Shown here: piece by piece, positions 1 to 10,318 of the stretch | Layout of the letters: the number at the start of each line of letters is the position of its first letter | Numbering within the stretch: the first letter of the stretch is position 1 | Origin: an uncultured Phycisphaerales bacterium | Lineage (GTDB): Bacteria > Planctomycetota > Phycisphaerae > Tepidisphaerales > Tepidisphaeraceae | Reading direction: 5' to 3' | DNA length: 64,000 nucleotides | NCBI GenBank assembly: GCA_963844715.1 | Contig: CAWJPJ010000008.1 | Span: 544,001 to 608,000 of the forward strand | Made by a program: the position numbers and the translations under genes | Notes under the pieces: generated by a model | What the model was told of the DNA's origin: nothing | The model's database searches: none | What the model saw: the letters and a program-made list of their open reading frames with translations, nothing else

Positions 1-129
1 GAGGGAGGTTTTCTGAATGAAGGTCAGATGCGGATCGGTGAGGCGGCTGGGATGCGGGAAAATCAGCATCAGGCAAAGGACTACGATGATCCCGATGAAG
101 GTGAATCTGGAGCGAAGGTTGGTGGGCAT
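1..129 (-). CDS. secD: Protein translocase subunit SecD (or SecDF), 5' end only; runs off the window
   Basis: ATG at 129 after AAGGA RBS; MPTNLRSRFTFIGIIVVLCLMLIFPHP... is an N-terminal TM; directly follows yajC in the conserved tgt-yajC-secD order. Confidence 0.7.
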   Translation of the reverse strand, partial: MPTNLRSRFTFIGIIVVLCLMLIFPHPSRLTDPHLTFIQKTSL

Positions 130-150
130 GAGGACGTCCTTACCGGGATG

Positions 151-516
151 TTATTTCGCGGAACTGCTGTTTTCCTCGTCGGTGACGACCCGCTTGATGG
201 CGTCACGGGAGAATTTGACCTTGGTGTTGGTGCCTTCGTCGACCTTGAGCACTACGTCGAGGTCGCGCACATCGACAACGGTGGCATAGATTCCGCCGGC
301 AGTCAGTACGCGGTCGCCGCGTTTGAGGTTCTTGAGCATGTCGTCGCGGGCGCGTTGCTCGGTTTTTTTGGATTTGGAGGAGGAGAAGAGGAAAAAGAGC
401 ATGACGACGATAAGGAGAGGGAGAAGCCAGCGTTGGGGGTCGTATTGCCAGGGGACGGGCTGAGTTCCGGTGGCGGGCTGAGAGGCGGCCTGGGCTAAAA
501 GGAAGACGGTATTCAA
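151..516 (-). CDS. yajC: Preprotein translocase subunit YajC
   Basis: TM helix then [18 protein letters not shown]...KVKFSRDAI; probable TTG start at 516 after GAGGAG, overlapping the tgt stop. Confidence 0.93.
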   Translation of the reverse strand: MNTVFLLAQAASQPATGTQPVPWQYDPQRWLLPLLIVVMLFFLFSSSKSKKTEQRARDDMLKNLKRGDRVLTAGGIYATVVDVRDLDVVLKVDEGTNTKVKFSRDAIKRVVTDEENSSSAK

Positions 517-1690
517 TCGAATCTCCTCGATGTCAGTCGTCCAGCGTGGCGGGATCGGCGGCTCTCCGCCGGTCCGAGGCGGCAACGAGGGTCTTCCCGC
601 CGCCAGGAGTCGAACTGACCGCTGGCGATGCTTCGGCGGATGTCCGCCATCAGCCGCTGGTAGAATCGAATATTATGCACGGAAACGAGGATCGGGCCAA
701 GCATCTCGCCGGCATAAAAAAGGTGGCGGATGGCGCCGCGGCTGAAGCGTAGGCAGGCTGGGCAATCGCAACCGGGCTGGATGGGGGCGATATCGCGCTG
801 AAATTGCGCATTTCTGAGGCGCAGGGGGCCGGAGGGGGTGAAGGCGTAGGCGTTGCGGCCGTTGCGGGTGGGGAGGACGCAGTCAAACATATCGATGCCT
901 GCGGCGACGGCGGCGACGATGTCGCGCGGGTAGCCGACGCCCATGAGATAGCGGGGACGATCTTCGGGGAGCATGGGGGTGGTTTGGCGGACGATGGAAT
1001 CCATGGCGGCGAAGCCTTCGCCGACGGCGAGGCCGCCGAGGGCGTAGCCGTCAAAGTTCATTTCGACGAGGCGGCGGGCGCACATTTCACGCAGCGGCAT
1101 ATCGACGCCGCCCTGGACGATTCCGAAGAGAGCTTGATCGCTAGCGCGGGCATGCGCGGCCAGGCATTGCTCGGCCCAGCGCAGGGTGCGCTCGACGGCG
1201 GCGCGATGGGCTTCGGCGGGCGCATCGGCGGCCGGGCACTGGTCGAAGGCCATGATGATGTCGGCGCCGAGATGATTCTGGACGGCGATGCTTTTGGCGG
1301 CGTCGAGGAAGATGGTGCTGCCGTCGATGTGGCTTTTGAAGGTGACGCCGGAGTCGTCGATGCGATTGATGTCGGCCAGGGAGAAGACCTGGAACCCGCC
1401 GCTGTCGGTGAGGATGGGACCAGGCCAGCCCATCATGGCGTGAAGATCGCCGAGATCGGCGACGACTTTTTCGCCGGGGCGCAGCATGAGGTGGTAGGTG
1501 TTGGCCAGGAGAATTTGGCGCCGGCGGCGGTGAGGTTTTCGGGGAGCATTCCTTTGACGGAGGCTTGGGTGCCGACGGGCATGAAGGCTGGGGTGTCGAA
1601 GGAGCCGTGGCGAGTGGTGGCGCGGGCGGTGCGCGCGGAGGTGAGGTTGTCCTGGTGCTGGATTTCAAATTGAAGGGGGCGCGGGGTCAT
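513..1690 (-). CDS. tgt: tRNA-guanine transglycosylase (one frameshift near 1510)
   Basis: TPAFMPVGT in ORF 1433-1690; [27 protein letters not shown] and CDCPAC zinc site in ORF 513-1487. Confidence 0.95.
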
Positions 1691-1817
1691 CGAATTTTTT
1701 TGGCGGGGAGATTTGCCGGCGAAATTCGAATGATAAATGATAAATGACGAATGGCCTCATTTTGCTGAGTGCTTAGCTTGCCGCCCGAAATTTTTTGAGA
1801 TGCGAAAATCTCCTGGC

Positions 1818-1958
1818 CGCTCGTTTTAAATACAAATGCAATGCGGGAGGGCGGGAAAACCATATGAGGCCCGTCCTGCGGAAACTGCCGGAATCCTCCC
1901 GCACCCTCCCACCCTTTCCTTTTCCCCTCAAGCCGTCCAGCACCCCAAATGCAGGGAA
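1818..1958. repeat. Dispersed ~140-bp palindromic repeat, copy 1
   Basis: Aligns by eye with 25489-25632 (direct) and 25702-25797 (inverted); internal arms TGCGGGAGG...CCTCCCGCA. Confidence 0.8.
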
Positions 1959-2128
1959 TTTGCGGGCCTAATTCGGTTCGATGTTCCGGCTGACGGAGGT
2001 CGGTCCTTCGCGCTTTACGTTCACCTTTGAAATCCTGCGCGCGAATAGCGAGGCACGCCATGAAAGTGCCGGGCGGTGAAGAGTGCTGGTGGAGATGAAT
2101 ATGGGAGGCGGGTTTTCTATGGGGCGGG

Positions 2129-3562
2129 TCATTCGAGGGTTCCGGTTTCGAGTTCGGCGTCGGTGGCTTCGTCGAGGGACTTGGCTTTTACGCGGCCGGT
2201 GCGGCCGCGGAGGACTAGTTTCATGGGGACTTCGCCGAAGGGGAGGAGTTCGCGGAAGCGATTGACCATGAAGCGCTGGTAGGATTCGTTCAGGAATTTG
2301 GGGTTGTTGACGAAGAGGACGATGGTGGGCGGGGCGACGGAGGTTTGGGTCGCGTAATAGATTCTGGCTTTTCGGCCGGAGGGGGTGCTGGGGACTTTTT
2401 CCTGGAGAATCTGGCGGACCGAGCGGTTGAGCTGGCCGGTGGTTAGGCGGGTGCTCGCTTGATTGAAAAGGCGCTGGGCGGTGTCGAGGACGATCTGGAC
2501 GTTTTTGGAGTCCTTGGCGGTGCAGAAGACGATGGGGGCGAAGTCGAGGTTGACGAGGGTTTCGTCCAGATACTTGCCGAATTCCTCCATGAGGGTGGTG
2601 TCGTCGATGTCGGGGCGATTTTCGCGGGTTTTTTCCATGGCCAGGTCCCACTTGTTCATGACGAGGACGACGGGCTTGAGCTCGTCGGCGATGTAACGGC
2701 CGAGCTTTTTATCGGGCTCGCTGACGGGCAGCGTGGCGTCGATGAGCATGACGGCGACGTCGCAGCGGCGGATGGATCTTTGGGCGCGGTGGAAACTGTA
2801 GAAGTCGATGTCGCGTTTGATCATCTGGCTTTTTTTGCGGACGCCGGCGGTGTCGATGACAAGCAGCGCCTTGCCGTCTTTTTCGAAGCGGACATCGATG
2901 CTGTCGCGTGTGGTGCCGGGGACTTCGGAGACGATGACGCGATCGGTGTCTTCCTCGTAGAGCTCGGCGATGGAATTGACGAGGGTGCTTTTGCCGGCGT
3001 TGCGCTTGCCGACGATGGCCAGGAGCATTTCGGGTTCGGGGATGTTCTTCGGAGCTTTGGAGAGATCGATTTTCTTTGCGATTTGCTCGCCGATGACGTC
3101 GAGGTTGCGGCCGTTGAGGGCGGAGATGCCGAGGGGGGTACCGAGACCGAGGCGGGCGAAGTCGCCGAGGGCGGCATCGGAGGCGGCGCCGTCGGCTTTG
3201 TTTGCAAGAAGGATGGTTTTGATTCCGCGTTTGCGCAGGAGGGTGGCGATTTCCTGGTCTCCGGCGGTGAGGCCGTCCTTGCAATCGACGAGGAAGAGGA
3301 CGAGGTCGGCCTGGGCGAGGGCGAGATCGATCTGGTGGCGGATGTGGTCGGTCAATTGATCGGGATCGACGAAACCGAAGCCGCCGGTGTCGACGAGTTC
3401 GACCCAGCGGTCGCCGATCTGGAGGGGGGTGGCGATGCGATCGCGCGTGACGCCCGGGGCGTCCTGGACGATGCTGATGCGCTTGTGGGCGAGCCCGTTG
3501 AGAAGGCTGCTTTTGCCGACGTTGGGGCGGCCGACGATGGCGACGATGGGGAAATTTGGCAT
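2129..3562 (-). CDS. der: Ribosome biogenesis GTPase Der (EngA)
   Basis: Two G domains (GRPNVGKS/DTGG/NKAD and GKRNAGKS/DTAG/NKWD) plus a KH-like C-terminus. Confidence 0.96.
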   Translation of the reverse strand: MPNFPIVAIVGRPNVGKSSLLNGLAHKRISIVQDAPGVTRDRIATPLQIGDRWVELVDTGGFGFVDPDQLTDHIRHQIDLALAQADLVLFLVDCKDGLTAGDQEIATLLRKRGIKTILLANKADGAASDAALGDFARLGLGTPLGISALNGRNLDVIGEQIAKKIDLSKAPKNIPEPEMLLAIVGKRNAGKSTLVNSIAELYEEDTDRVIVSEVPGTTRDSIDVRFEKDGKALLVIDTAGVRKKSQMIKRDIDFYSFHRAQRSIRRCDVAVMLIDATLPVSEPDKKLGRYIADELKPVVLVMNKWDLAMEKTRENRPDIDDTTLMEEFGKYLDETLVNLDFAPIVFCTAKDSKNVQIVLDTAQRLFNQASTRLTTGQLNRSVRQILQEKVPSTPSGRKARIYYATQTSVAPPTIVLFVNNPKFLNESYQRFMVNRFRELLPFGEVPMKLVLRGRTGRVKAKSLDEATDAELETGTLE

Positions 3563-3676
3563 AAAAAAGAATGGGATTTTATTCACAATGTTGTCTTTAG
3601 TCGAACCGCGCCGTACGGATTAAATTGTGGCGTGCGCATATCGGGGGTTTTGGCGGGAGGACGAAAGGAGCTTTTC

Positions 3677-4115
3677 ATGCCTACGGTAGCCGATCTTTTG
3701 ACGTCCAAGGACACGAAACTGCACACGATTTCGCCGGCAGCGAGCGTTCTGGAGGCGGTGCAGAGGATGAATCAGCACCAGATCGGAGGCGCTGGTGGTG
3801 ATGCAGGAGGGGCAGATGGTGGGCATGTTCACGGAGCGGGATGTGCTGCGTCGCGTGATGGCGGAGCGGCGCGAGCCGCAAGACGTTCGTCTGGCGGAAG
3901 TGATGACGACGGATGTGATCTGCTGCGAGCCGGGGACGGAGGTTGCGGACGCGAGCGCGATCATGCAGCGGAAGAGGATTCGGCATCTGCCGGTGTGCGA
4001 TGGGCAGGGGAGATTAATGGGACTGATTTCGATTGGGGATTTGAACGCGTTTTATGCGAGCGCGCAGGAACAGGTGATACATCATTTGACGGATTATATT
4101 TATGGGAGAGTTTAG
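3677..4115 (+). CDS. CBS-domain pair protein (frameshift near 3790)
   Basis: AAGGAG RBS; MPTVADLL...GMFTERDVLRRV...IRHLPV...GLISIGDL. Confidence 0.88.
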
Positions 4116-4595
4116 ATCGCCGCGCTGGCTTATGTGAGAATTCTAGTTGCACCTTGTTTGGCTATTTAAGCTTCGGCGGCGATTGTTCTTGTTTGGCCAG
4201 CATTACCTGCACGTAAAATTTGACGCTATCTTCCGAGCCATTCAGAAGGAACTTACCTATCTTTGCGAGCGGGAATGTGAATCGTTTTGGCGGCGTCCAT
4301 AAAACGGCCACAGTTCCAATGTCCTTTCCAAATTGACCCAGTTTTGGTTCGAGTGCGAGAGCCTGCTCGTAGTCGACCCAATGCCACACTATTGAAGGGA
4401 GCGCGTGACGGCGGAGCACCTCGCCAATATAGGCTCCGGCGCGGAGGATAAAGATTTTTTGCTCCTGCCCGGCTAGATTTCGAGCGCGCATTGCTTCGAG
4501 GTGTTTGTCCATCGCGTCGAGACTGTCGACTGAAAAATCAAACTTGGTTGGGTCAATTAAATCATTTCCCGGTGTGATGATTTTTGAATCACTAA

Positions 4596-5969
4596 CAGGA
4601 CGCTGAAAAACTCGGGAGTTGGCGCATTTTCCTGTCTGTTGGCCGCTTTTCAATGGCGGGTTCCATCTCGGATCGTTCCAAGGGCTTCAGTTCGTTCGAG
4701 TTCGTTGGCGGATTGCATGCCCAGGTTGAGTTTCACACGGTACTCAGGTTGCGCATCCGGATCAGATTGAACGCCGCCCCGGCCAGGTGGGCCTGCTGGC
4801 CGGTTTTTGAATGTCCGATCAACCGGGTGCGATACAGGCCGCCGATCGTCTTGGCCCAGCCGATCCATTCCTCGATCTTCTTGCGGCAACGCTGGCTGAT
4901 GGCGTAACCGAGGGTCTTGCGCGCCGACGCATCCGCTGGCGGGCCGCGATGTTGGCTCGGTTCTTCCAGCGATAGGCGGCGGTGTCGCCGCCGATCTTGC
5001 CCTCCTTCACCGCCACGTGCGGACGGATTCTTCTTCGCTCCAGCCCACGCAACAGCGGACCCTGGTCGTACCCCTTGTCGGCCCCAACCGTCTTGGGTTT
5101 GAGCCCAAAACGTTTCTTGACCCGATCGATCAGCGACAACGCGGTGACCGGCTCGCTGTTCTCCAGCGGCGAGTTGACTTCCACCGCCAGCACCAGCCCG
5201 TGGCGGTTCTCCACGATCGCGTGCAGCGCATGGCTGAGCAACGCCGGCTTGCCGTCGCTCTTGCGGACCAGCTTCGCGTCGGAATCGGTGGTTGATTCGT
5301 GGGTGTCGTTGGACCGCTTCTGGCCGTGGAAGTCCACCTCGGCGTTGCGGCCCTTAAAACCGTTGTTATCTCCCGCATCATTGTCTTTTTTGTCCTTTTC
5401 ATCCCTGGGTTTGAAGCTCTTGATCGACGCATACGCCTCGATCAGCGAGCCATCCACCGAGAAGTGGTCGGGGCTGACCAGTCCCGCGGCGATGGCCCGA
5501 CGCACCGTGCCGTCGAAAAACGCGCCGATCAGCCCGTGCTCTTCCAGCCGCCCGCGATTGTGCGAGAAGACGGTGGCGTCGAATACCTCTTCGTCGATCC
5601 GCAGGTCCAAAAACCAACGGAACAGCAGGTCGTGATCAATCCGTTCCACGAGCTGCGCCTCGGAGCGAATCGAATAGATCGATTGCAAAAGCAACGCCTT
5701 GATCAGCCGCTCCGGCGGCACGCTGGGCCGGCCTTCGGCCGCGTAGGCGGCATCAAAACGCCGACTCATGGCCTTCAAGTCTTCATCGACCATGCGCTTC
5801 ACGGCCCGCAGCGGATGATCAGGACGGACGCGTTGTTCCAGATCGATGGCCGCGATGAACAAAATGGATTGGGGATCGGCCTTGCCTCGCATGAATGACC
5901 TCCGTGTCTGGGTGTCACACAGTTCAGCGCCACCGAGAACATTCGTCAAGAGGGTTTTTCAGCGTCCTG
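4596..5969 (-). mobile_element. Insertion sequence, IS5 family, 1374 bp
   Basis: Perfect 16-bp TIR CAGGACGCTGAAAAAC (4596-4611 / 5954-5969); 4-bp target duplication CTAA (4592-4595, 5970-5973); encodes a DDE transposase. Confidence 0.93.
4650..5892 (-). CDS. IS5-family DDE transposase (frameshift near 4920)
   Basis: DHPLR...GRPSVPPE...SIRSE N-terminal domain; FSVDGSLIEA, GADKGYD, and R-KIEE..GWAK in the shifted frame. Confidence 0.9.
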
Positions 5970-6087
5970 CTAAGGAACATTAGCGAAAGGTCGATTAGGG
6001 CTCGGTCTTGAATTGTGATTGCCATATCTGTCGCCCCCTGGTCGAAAGCTCGATCCCGCTTGGTGATCGGAGCGATGTCTATCTTAG

Positions 6088-7146
6088 CTATTTCACATCG
6101 ACCGCCGCGCCGTTGCGGCGGACGGATTCGTACATGGCTTCTATTATTGCGACGGCTTTTCTTGCTTCGGAGCCGTTGGTTTCGGCTTCTTCGTTTTTGG
6201 TCCAGGACTCGTAGATGTGGAGCATGTTTTGGCCGTGTAGGTCCAGGCCTACGTCGCCGGCGTTTTTTCCGCCGCCGCTGTTTTTGGCGTTGGCGGGGTT
6301 TAGTTTTTCGAGGAGTTCCTGGTCTTTGGGTTGGGGGTCTTTGAATTCGAAACGTTTTAGGCCGTTCTCGCTGATGGCGGTTCCGAATTCGCCGCCGACT
6401 TCCAGGCGGGTGGGGCCGCCGGGCCACATGGCGGTGGTGCTGACGTAGGTTCCGAAGGAGCCGTCGGCGAATTGGAGAGCGCAGGTGAGGGTGTCCTCGA
6501 CTTCGATTTTTGCGTGGATGCGGCTGGAGGCATAGGCGCTGACGGTTTTTACCGGACCGACGACCCATTGGACGAGATCGACCTGGTGGATGCCCTGGTT
6601 CATGACGGCGCCGCCGCCGTCGAGTCGCCAGGTTCCGCGCCAGCCGCCTTTTTCGTAGTACTCGTCGTTGCGGTACCAGGGGGTGAAGGAGCCGGACCAA
6701 GCGAGGCGTCCGAATCGGCCGGCGAGGCGGGCGTCGCGGATGGCGCGGTTGGCCTCATTCCAGCGGTTTTGAAAGATTCCGGCGATTTTGACTTCGTGTT
6801 TTTTCGCGGCGTCGATCATTTCGTCGATGCGCTCGGAGTGGATTTCCATGGGCTTCTCGACGACGACATATTTGCCATGTTGGATGGCGAACAGGGCGGG
6901 CTCGCGATGCTGGCCGCTGGGGGTGCAAAGATGGACGGCGTCGATCTGCTCCTTGCGGAACATTTCTTCCATGGTGGTGTAAACGGGCGCGGCGAGACCG
7001 GGTTTGTCGAGGGCTTTTCGGCCCTTGGCGGTTTCGAGATCGCAAACGGCTGCCAGGACGCAATTGGGGAGCTTGGGGATGGTACGCACGTGCCATTCCC
7101 CAACGGTTCCTGTTCCGACGACTGCGCAACGCCATTGGCGGGACAT
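6088..7146 (-). CDS. Gfo/Idh/MocA-family oxidoreductase
   Basis: VVGTGTVG Rossmann motif, VEKPM, GGGAVMNQGIHQVD. Confidence 0.93.
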   Translation of the reverse strand: MSRQWRCAVVGTGTVGEWHVRTIPKLPNCVLAAVCDLETAKGRKALDKPGLAAPVYTTMEEMFRKEQIDAVHLCTPSGQHREPALFAIQHGKYVVVEKPMEIHSERIDEMIDAAKKHEVKIAGIFQNRWNEANRAIRDARLAGRFGRLAWSGSFTPWYRNDEYYEKGGWRGTWRLDGGGAVMNQGIHQVDLVQWVVGPVKTVSAYASSRIHAKIEVEDTLTCALQFADGSFGTYVSTTAMWPGGPTRLEVGGEFGTAISENGLKRFEFKDPQPKDQELLEKLNPANAKNSGGGKNAGDVGLDLHGQNMLHIYESWTKNEEAETNGSEARKAVAIIEAMYESVRRNGAAVDVK

Positions 7147-7171
7147 AAGGAAGAAGCCTAAAGGATTGGGG

Positions 7172-7237
7172 GAATAGTTGCCAGTTGCGAGTTGCTGGTT
7201 GCCGGTAAATGCGGTCCTGCGTCTTCACTGGCAACTA
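7172..7237. repeat. Degenerate (AGTTGCC)n heptamer hairpin, related to 53029-53115
   Basis: GAATAGTTGCCAGTTGCGAGTTGC shared with the 53 kb element; truncated right arm ACTGGCAACTA. Confidence 0.75.
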
Positions 7238-7312
7238 TGTAGGTATGCAGCAATAAGCATTTCGTTAGGACTGTGGCGAGATGCGGCGGCATAGGTTAGA
7301 GTAGTGAATCCT

Positions 7313-8197
7313 ATGGGTCCGACGAATGCGGCTTTGTTTCGGTTGTACCAGGCTGATCGCAAGCTCCGAGATGCACAGGGACGCCTGGACGCGGTGAGTA
7401 AAAACGTGCGGGTGCAGGAGCGGAAGGTTTCGGAGCTTTCCGAGAACCTGCGGCTGAATCAATCCAAGCTTCGAGAGCAACAGAGCCAGTCGGCGCAGTT
7501 CGACCTGGATCTGAAGGCTCGGGACGAGAAAATCGAGAAGTTGCGGGCGCAGCAGCAGACGGCCAATACCAATCGCGAGTATCAGGCGTTCCTGGTCGAA
7601 ATCAACACGGAAAAACTGGATAAGGCCAAAGTAGAAGAGCAGTTGCTCCGCGCCATGGAGACGGTCGAGAAAATGGCGGCGGAGACGGCGGAACTGCAAA
7701 AGACGCTGGAGGGAGAAGAGACGAAATTGGAGGCGATGAGGGCCGAGATCGGGGGGCGGGTGGCGGAATTGCAGAAAGAGGCGGATGCGCTGAAGCCGGC
7801 GCGGCAGGCGGCGGCGGAGGCGGTGCCGGCGAAGGCGCGGGACGCGTTTGAGCGGCTGGCGGATAAGTTCGACGGGGAGGCGATGAGCGCTTTGACGAAG
7901 CCGGATCGGCGGCGGGAAGAATATGCCTGCTCGATCTGCAATATGGATCTGGTGACTGACGTATACAACAAGCTGCATTCTCGGGATGAGTTGATGTTTT
8001 GTCCGAGTTGTCATCGGATTTTGTATATCCCAGAGGAGTTGCCGGTGGAATTGGCCGTGAACAAGGTGAAGGAGAAGAAGGAGCCGCGGACGAAAGCGGG
8101 CGGGGCGGCGACCAATCGTCAGACGGCGGCGCAGGATGTGCTGAAGTCGATCGCGGTCGAGGAGAGCGACGCGCCGGGGGCGACTTCCAAGGGGTGA
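7313..8197 (+). CDS. Coiled-coil protein with C4 zinc ribbon (DUF164/CdsZ-FlgZ-like)
   Basis: Long coiled coil with NREYQA; CSICNM...CPSCHRILY. Confidence 0.9.
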   Translation: MGPTNAALFRLYQADRKLRDAQGRLDAVSKNVRVQERKVSELSENLRLNQSKLREQQSQSAQFDLDLKARDEKIEKLRAQQQTANTNREYQAFLVEINTEKLDKAKVEEQLLRAMETVEKMAAETAELQKTLEGEETKLEAMRAEIGGRVAELQKEADALKPARQAAAEAVPAKARDAFERLADKFDGEAMSALTKPDRRREEYACSICNMDLVTDVYNKLHSRDELMFCPSCHRILYIPEELPVELAVNKVKEKKEPRTKAGGAATNRQTAAQDVLKSIAVEESDAPGATSKG

Positions 8198-8232
8198 ATC
8201 GCATTTCACACGTCTAACCTTCGGCGTCGGCG

Positions 8233-9801
8233 ATGACGTCTTCCAGAAATCAGCAGACGTTGGATTTGGCCCGGCGGCATCATCATGCCGGGAAATTTGC
8301 GCAGGCGGAGGCGCTGTATCGGCAGGTTTTGGAGAGTGAGCCGGACAATGCCGATGCGTTGGGATTGCTGGGGCTGGCGTTGTGTCAGTCGGGGCGAGCG
8401 GGGGAGGCGATCGAATGGATCGGGCGGGCGATCGAGATTGCGCCGCGGCGGGCCGCGCATTTTAGCAATCTGGGAATGGCGCTGAACGAGCTGGGGCGGC
8501 GCGAGGAAGCGATCGCGGCGTATCGGCGGGCGCTGGCGATTCAGCCTGATCTGGCGGAATTTTATTACAATTTGGGCGTGACGCTGGCCGCGGTGAATGA
8601 GTGGGATGAGGCGGCGGCGTGTCTTGGGCGCGCACGGGAGCTTAAGCCGGATTTCGAGCCGGCGGTTTCCGGATTGGCGAAGGCGCTGAAGCAAGTGGAT
8701 CGGATTGGGGCGGGGATTCGGGGGATGCGGGAGAAAATTGCCGGTGGATCAGTTGATCGAGTTTTGTATCTCCAACTTGCGGAATTGCTGGAAGAAAATG
8801 GGGAGCCGGACGAGGCGCGAAAAGTTTGGCGGGAGGCGGTGGAGCGCTGGCCGGACTATGCGGCGGCGCACTGGCGGTATGGGTGGGCTTTGCTGATCGC
8901 GGGGGATTACGGTCGCGGCTGGGCGGAACATGAATGGCGATTGAAGGTGGAGGAGTTTCGATCGAATCGGCGCGATTTCGTGGAGCCGGGTTGGGATGGA
9001 GGGGAATTGGGCGGGCGGCGGATTTTGATTTATCCGGAACAGGGGTTTGGGGACATCATTCATTTTGCGCGGTATGTGCCGCTGGTGGCGCAGCGCGGCG
9101 GGAAAGTGGTGCTGCAATGCCCGAACGAATTGATGCCGGTGTTTGCATCGCTGGGCGGGGTGCATGAACTGTTGGCGTGGGGGAAGAACGTGCCGGCGTT
9201 TGATGTGCAGTGTTCGGTGGTGAGCCTGCCGCGGGTGATGAGATTGGGCGGGCCGGAGGATGTGCCGTGGACGGGGGCGTATCTCAAGAGCGATGGAACG
9301 GGCGGGAAGAAATTTGAGGATGTGTTTGAGAAGGGGAAGGGGAAGTTCAAAGTTGGGCTGGCGTGGGCGACGCGTGCGAATCCGCCGGGGCGGTCGATTC
9401 CTCTGAAAATGTTGTGGCCGCTGGGAAGCGCGAAGATTCAGTTTTATAGTTTGCAACATGGGGCGGGGTCTGAGGAGGCGAAGAGTCCGCCGGCGGGAAT
9501 GGAACTGATCGATCTGACGGGGCGAATCCGGAATTTTGGGGATGTGGCGGCGGTGATCGACGGGTTGGACCTGGTGATCAGCGTGGATACGGCGGCGGGG
9601 CAATTGGCGGGAGCGATGGGGAAGCGGGTGTGGACGCTGCTCAAAATCGCGCCGGATTGGCGGTGGCTTCAAGAGCGGGAGGATTCGCCTTGGTATCCGA
9701 CGATGCGGTTGTTTCGGCAGAAGCGATCGGGGGCGTGGCATTCGGTTGTCGAAAAGATGGCCGAGGACCTGGTATCATTGGTCGATCAAACGAAGGGGTG
9801 A
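8233..9801 (+). CDS. TPR-repeat protein with GT9-like glycosyltransferase domain
   Basis: N-terminal TPRs; EQGFGDIIHFARY, DLVISVDTA, PDWRW...SPWYPTMRLFRQ. Confidence 0.9.
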   Translation: MTSSRNQQTLDLARRHHHAGKFAQAEALYRQVLESEPDNADALGLLGLALCQSGRAGEAIEWIGRAIEIAPRRAAHFSNLGMALNELGRREEAIAAYRRALAIQPDLAEFYYNLGVTLAAVNEWDEAAACLGRARELKPDFEPAVSGLAKALKQVDRIGAGIRGMREKIAGGSVDRVLYLQLAELLEENGEPDEARKVWREAVERWPDYAAAHWRYGWALLIAGDYGRGWAEHEWRLKVEEFRSNRRDFVEPGWDGGELGGRRILIYPEQGFGDIIHFARYVPLVAQRGGKVVLQCPNELMPVFASLGGVHELLAWGKNVPAFDVQCSVVSLPRVMRLGGPEDVPWTGAYLKSDGTGGKKFEDVFEKGKGKFKVGLAWATRANPPGRSIPLKMLWPLGSAKIQFYSLQHGAGSEEAKSPPAGMELIDLTGRIRNFGDVAAVIDGLDLVISVDTAAGQLAGAMGKRVWTLLKIAPDWRWLQEREDSPWYPTMRLFRQKRSGAWHSVVEKMAEDLVSLVDQTKG

Positions 9802-9805
9802 GGCG

Positions 9806-10222
9806 ATGTATGGGAAGATACTGATAACGCTGGACACGACGCCGACGGATCGGGCGATATTGGATCACGTGCGCCCGCTGGCGCAGATGCTGAAGAGCCG
9901 GGTCGTGCTGATGCACGTGGCGGATGGATGGGCGGCGCGGCAGTATGGTCCGGATGCGGTGAGCAGCGAAGTGACGGAGGACAAGGCATATCTGGAGAAG
10001 GTTCGAGCGGAGCTTGCGGCGGACGGATTGGAGGTGCAGGCGAAACTGGCGTATGGGGAACCGGTGACGGAGATCGTGCGGTGGGTGGAGCAGGAGGGGT
10101 GCGACTTAATCGCGATGAGCACGCATGGTCATAGATTATTGAGCGACCTGGTTCTCGGAACCACGGCCAGCCGGGTGCAGCATCGGGTGAATGTGCCGGT
10201 TTTATTGCTGCGAGCGGTGTGA
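9806..10222 (+). CDS. Universal stress protein
   Basis: YGKILITLD...DLIAMSTHGH...LGTTASRV...PVLLLR. Confidence 0.92.
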   Translation: MYGKILITLDTTPTDRAILDHVRPLAQMLKSRVVLMHVADGWAARQYGPDAVSSEVTEDKAYLEKVRAELAADGLEVQAKLAYGEPVTEIVRWVEQEGCDLIAMSTHGHRLLSDLVLGTTASRVQHRVNVPVLLLRAV

Positions 10223-10318
10223 AGAAAGTGGCGCGGGTCGGGTAAAATCATTTCGACTGGTTCGAGGTAAAAGCCGATCCTATAGTACGCTCGCCGCACT
10301 AGTACGTGGCTTCATGTT

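Larger units (their letters stand above)
4162..6025 (-). pseudogene. Lower-GC hypothetical gene (161 aa when rejoined; DUF3806-like appearance) interrupted by the IS
   Basis: MAITIQDRALIDLSLMFLS (6025-5970) joins in frame to DSKIITPGND...GAYIGEV...FPLAKIGKFLLNG (4591-4162) after removing the IS and one CTAA copy. Confidence 0.8.

Noticed and set aside
2459..4216. Long antisense ORFs (e.g. 2459-4216, 36795-38006, 51468-53252)
   Set aside because: Shadow ORFs opposite well-supported genes, as expected in high-GC DNA
4900..4940. Programmed frameshift in the IS transposase
   Set aside because: No slippery A-run seen at the shift, and indel errors are common throughout the window
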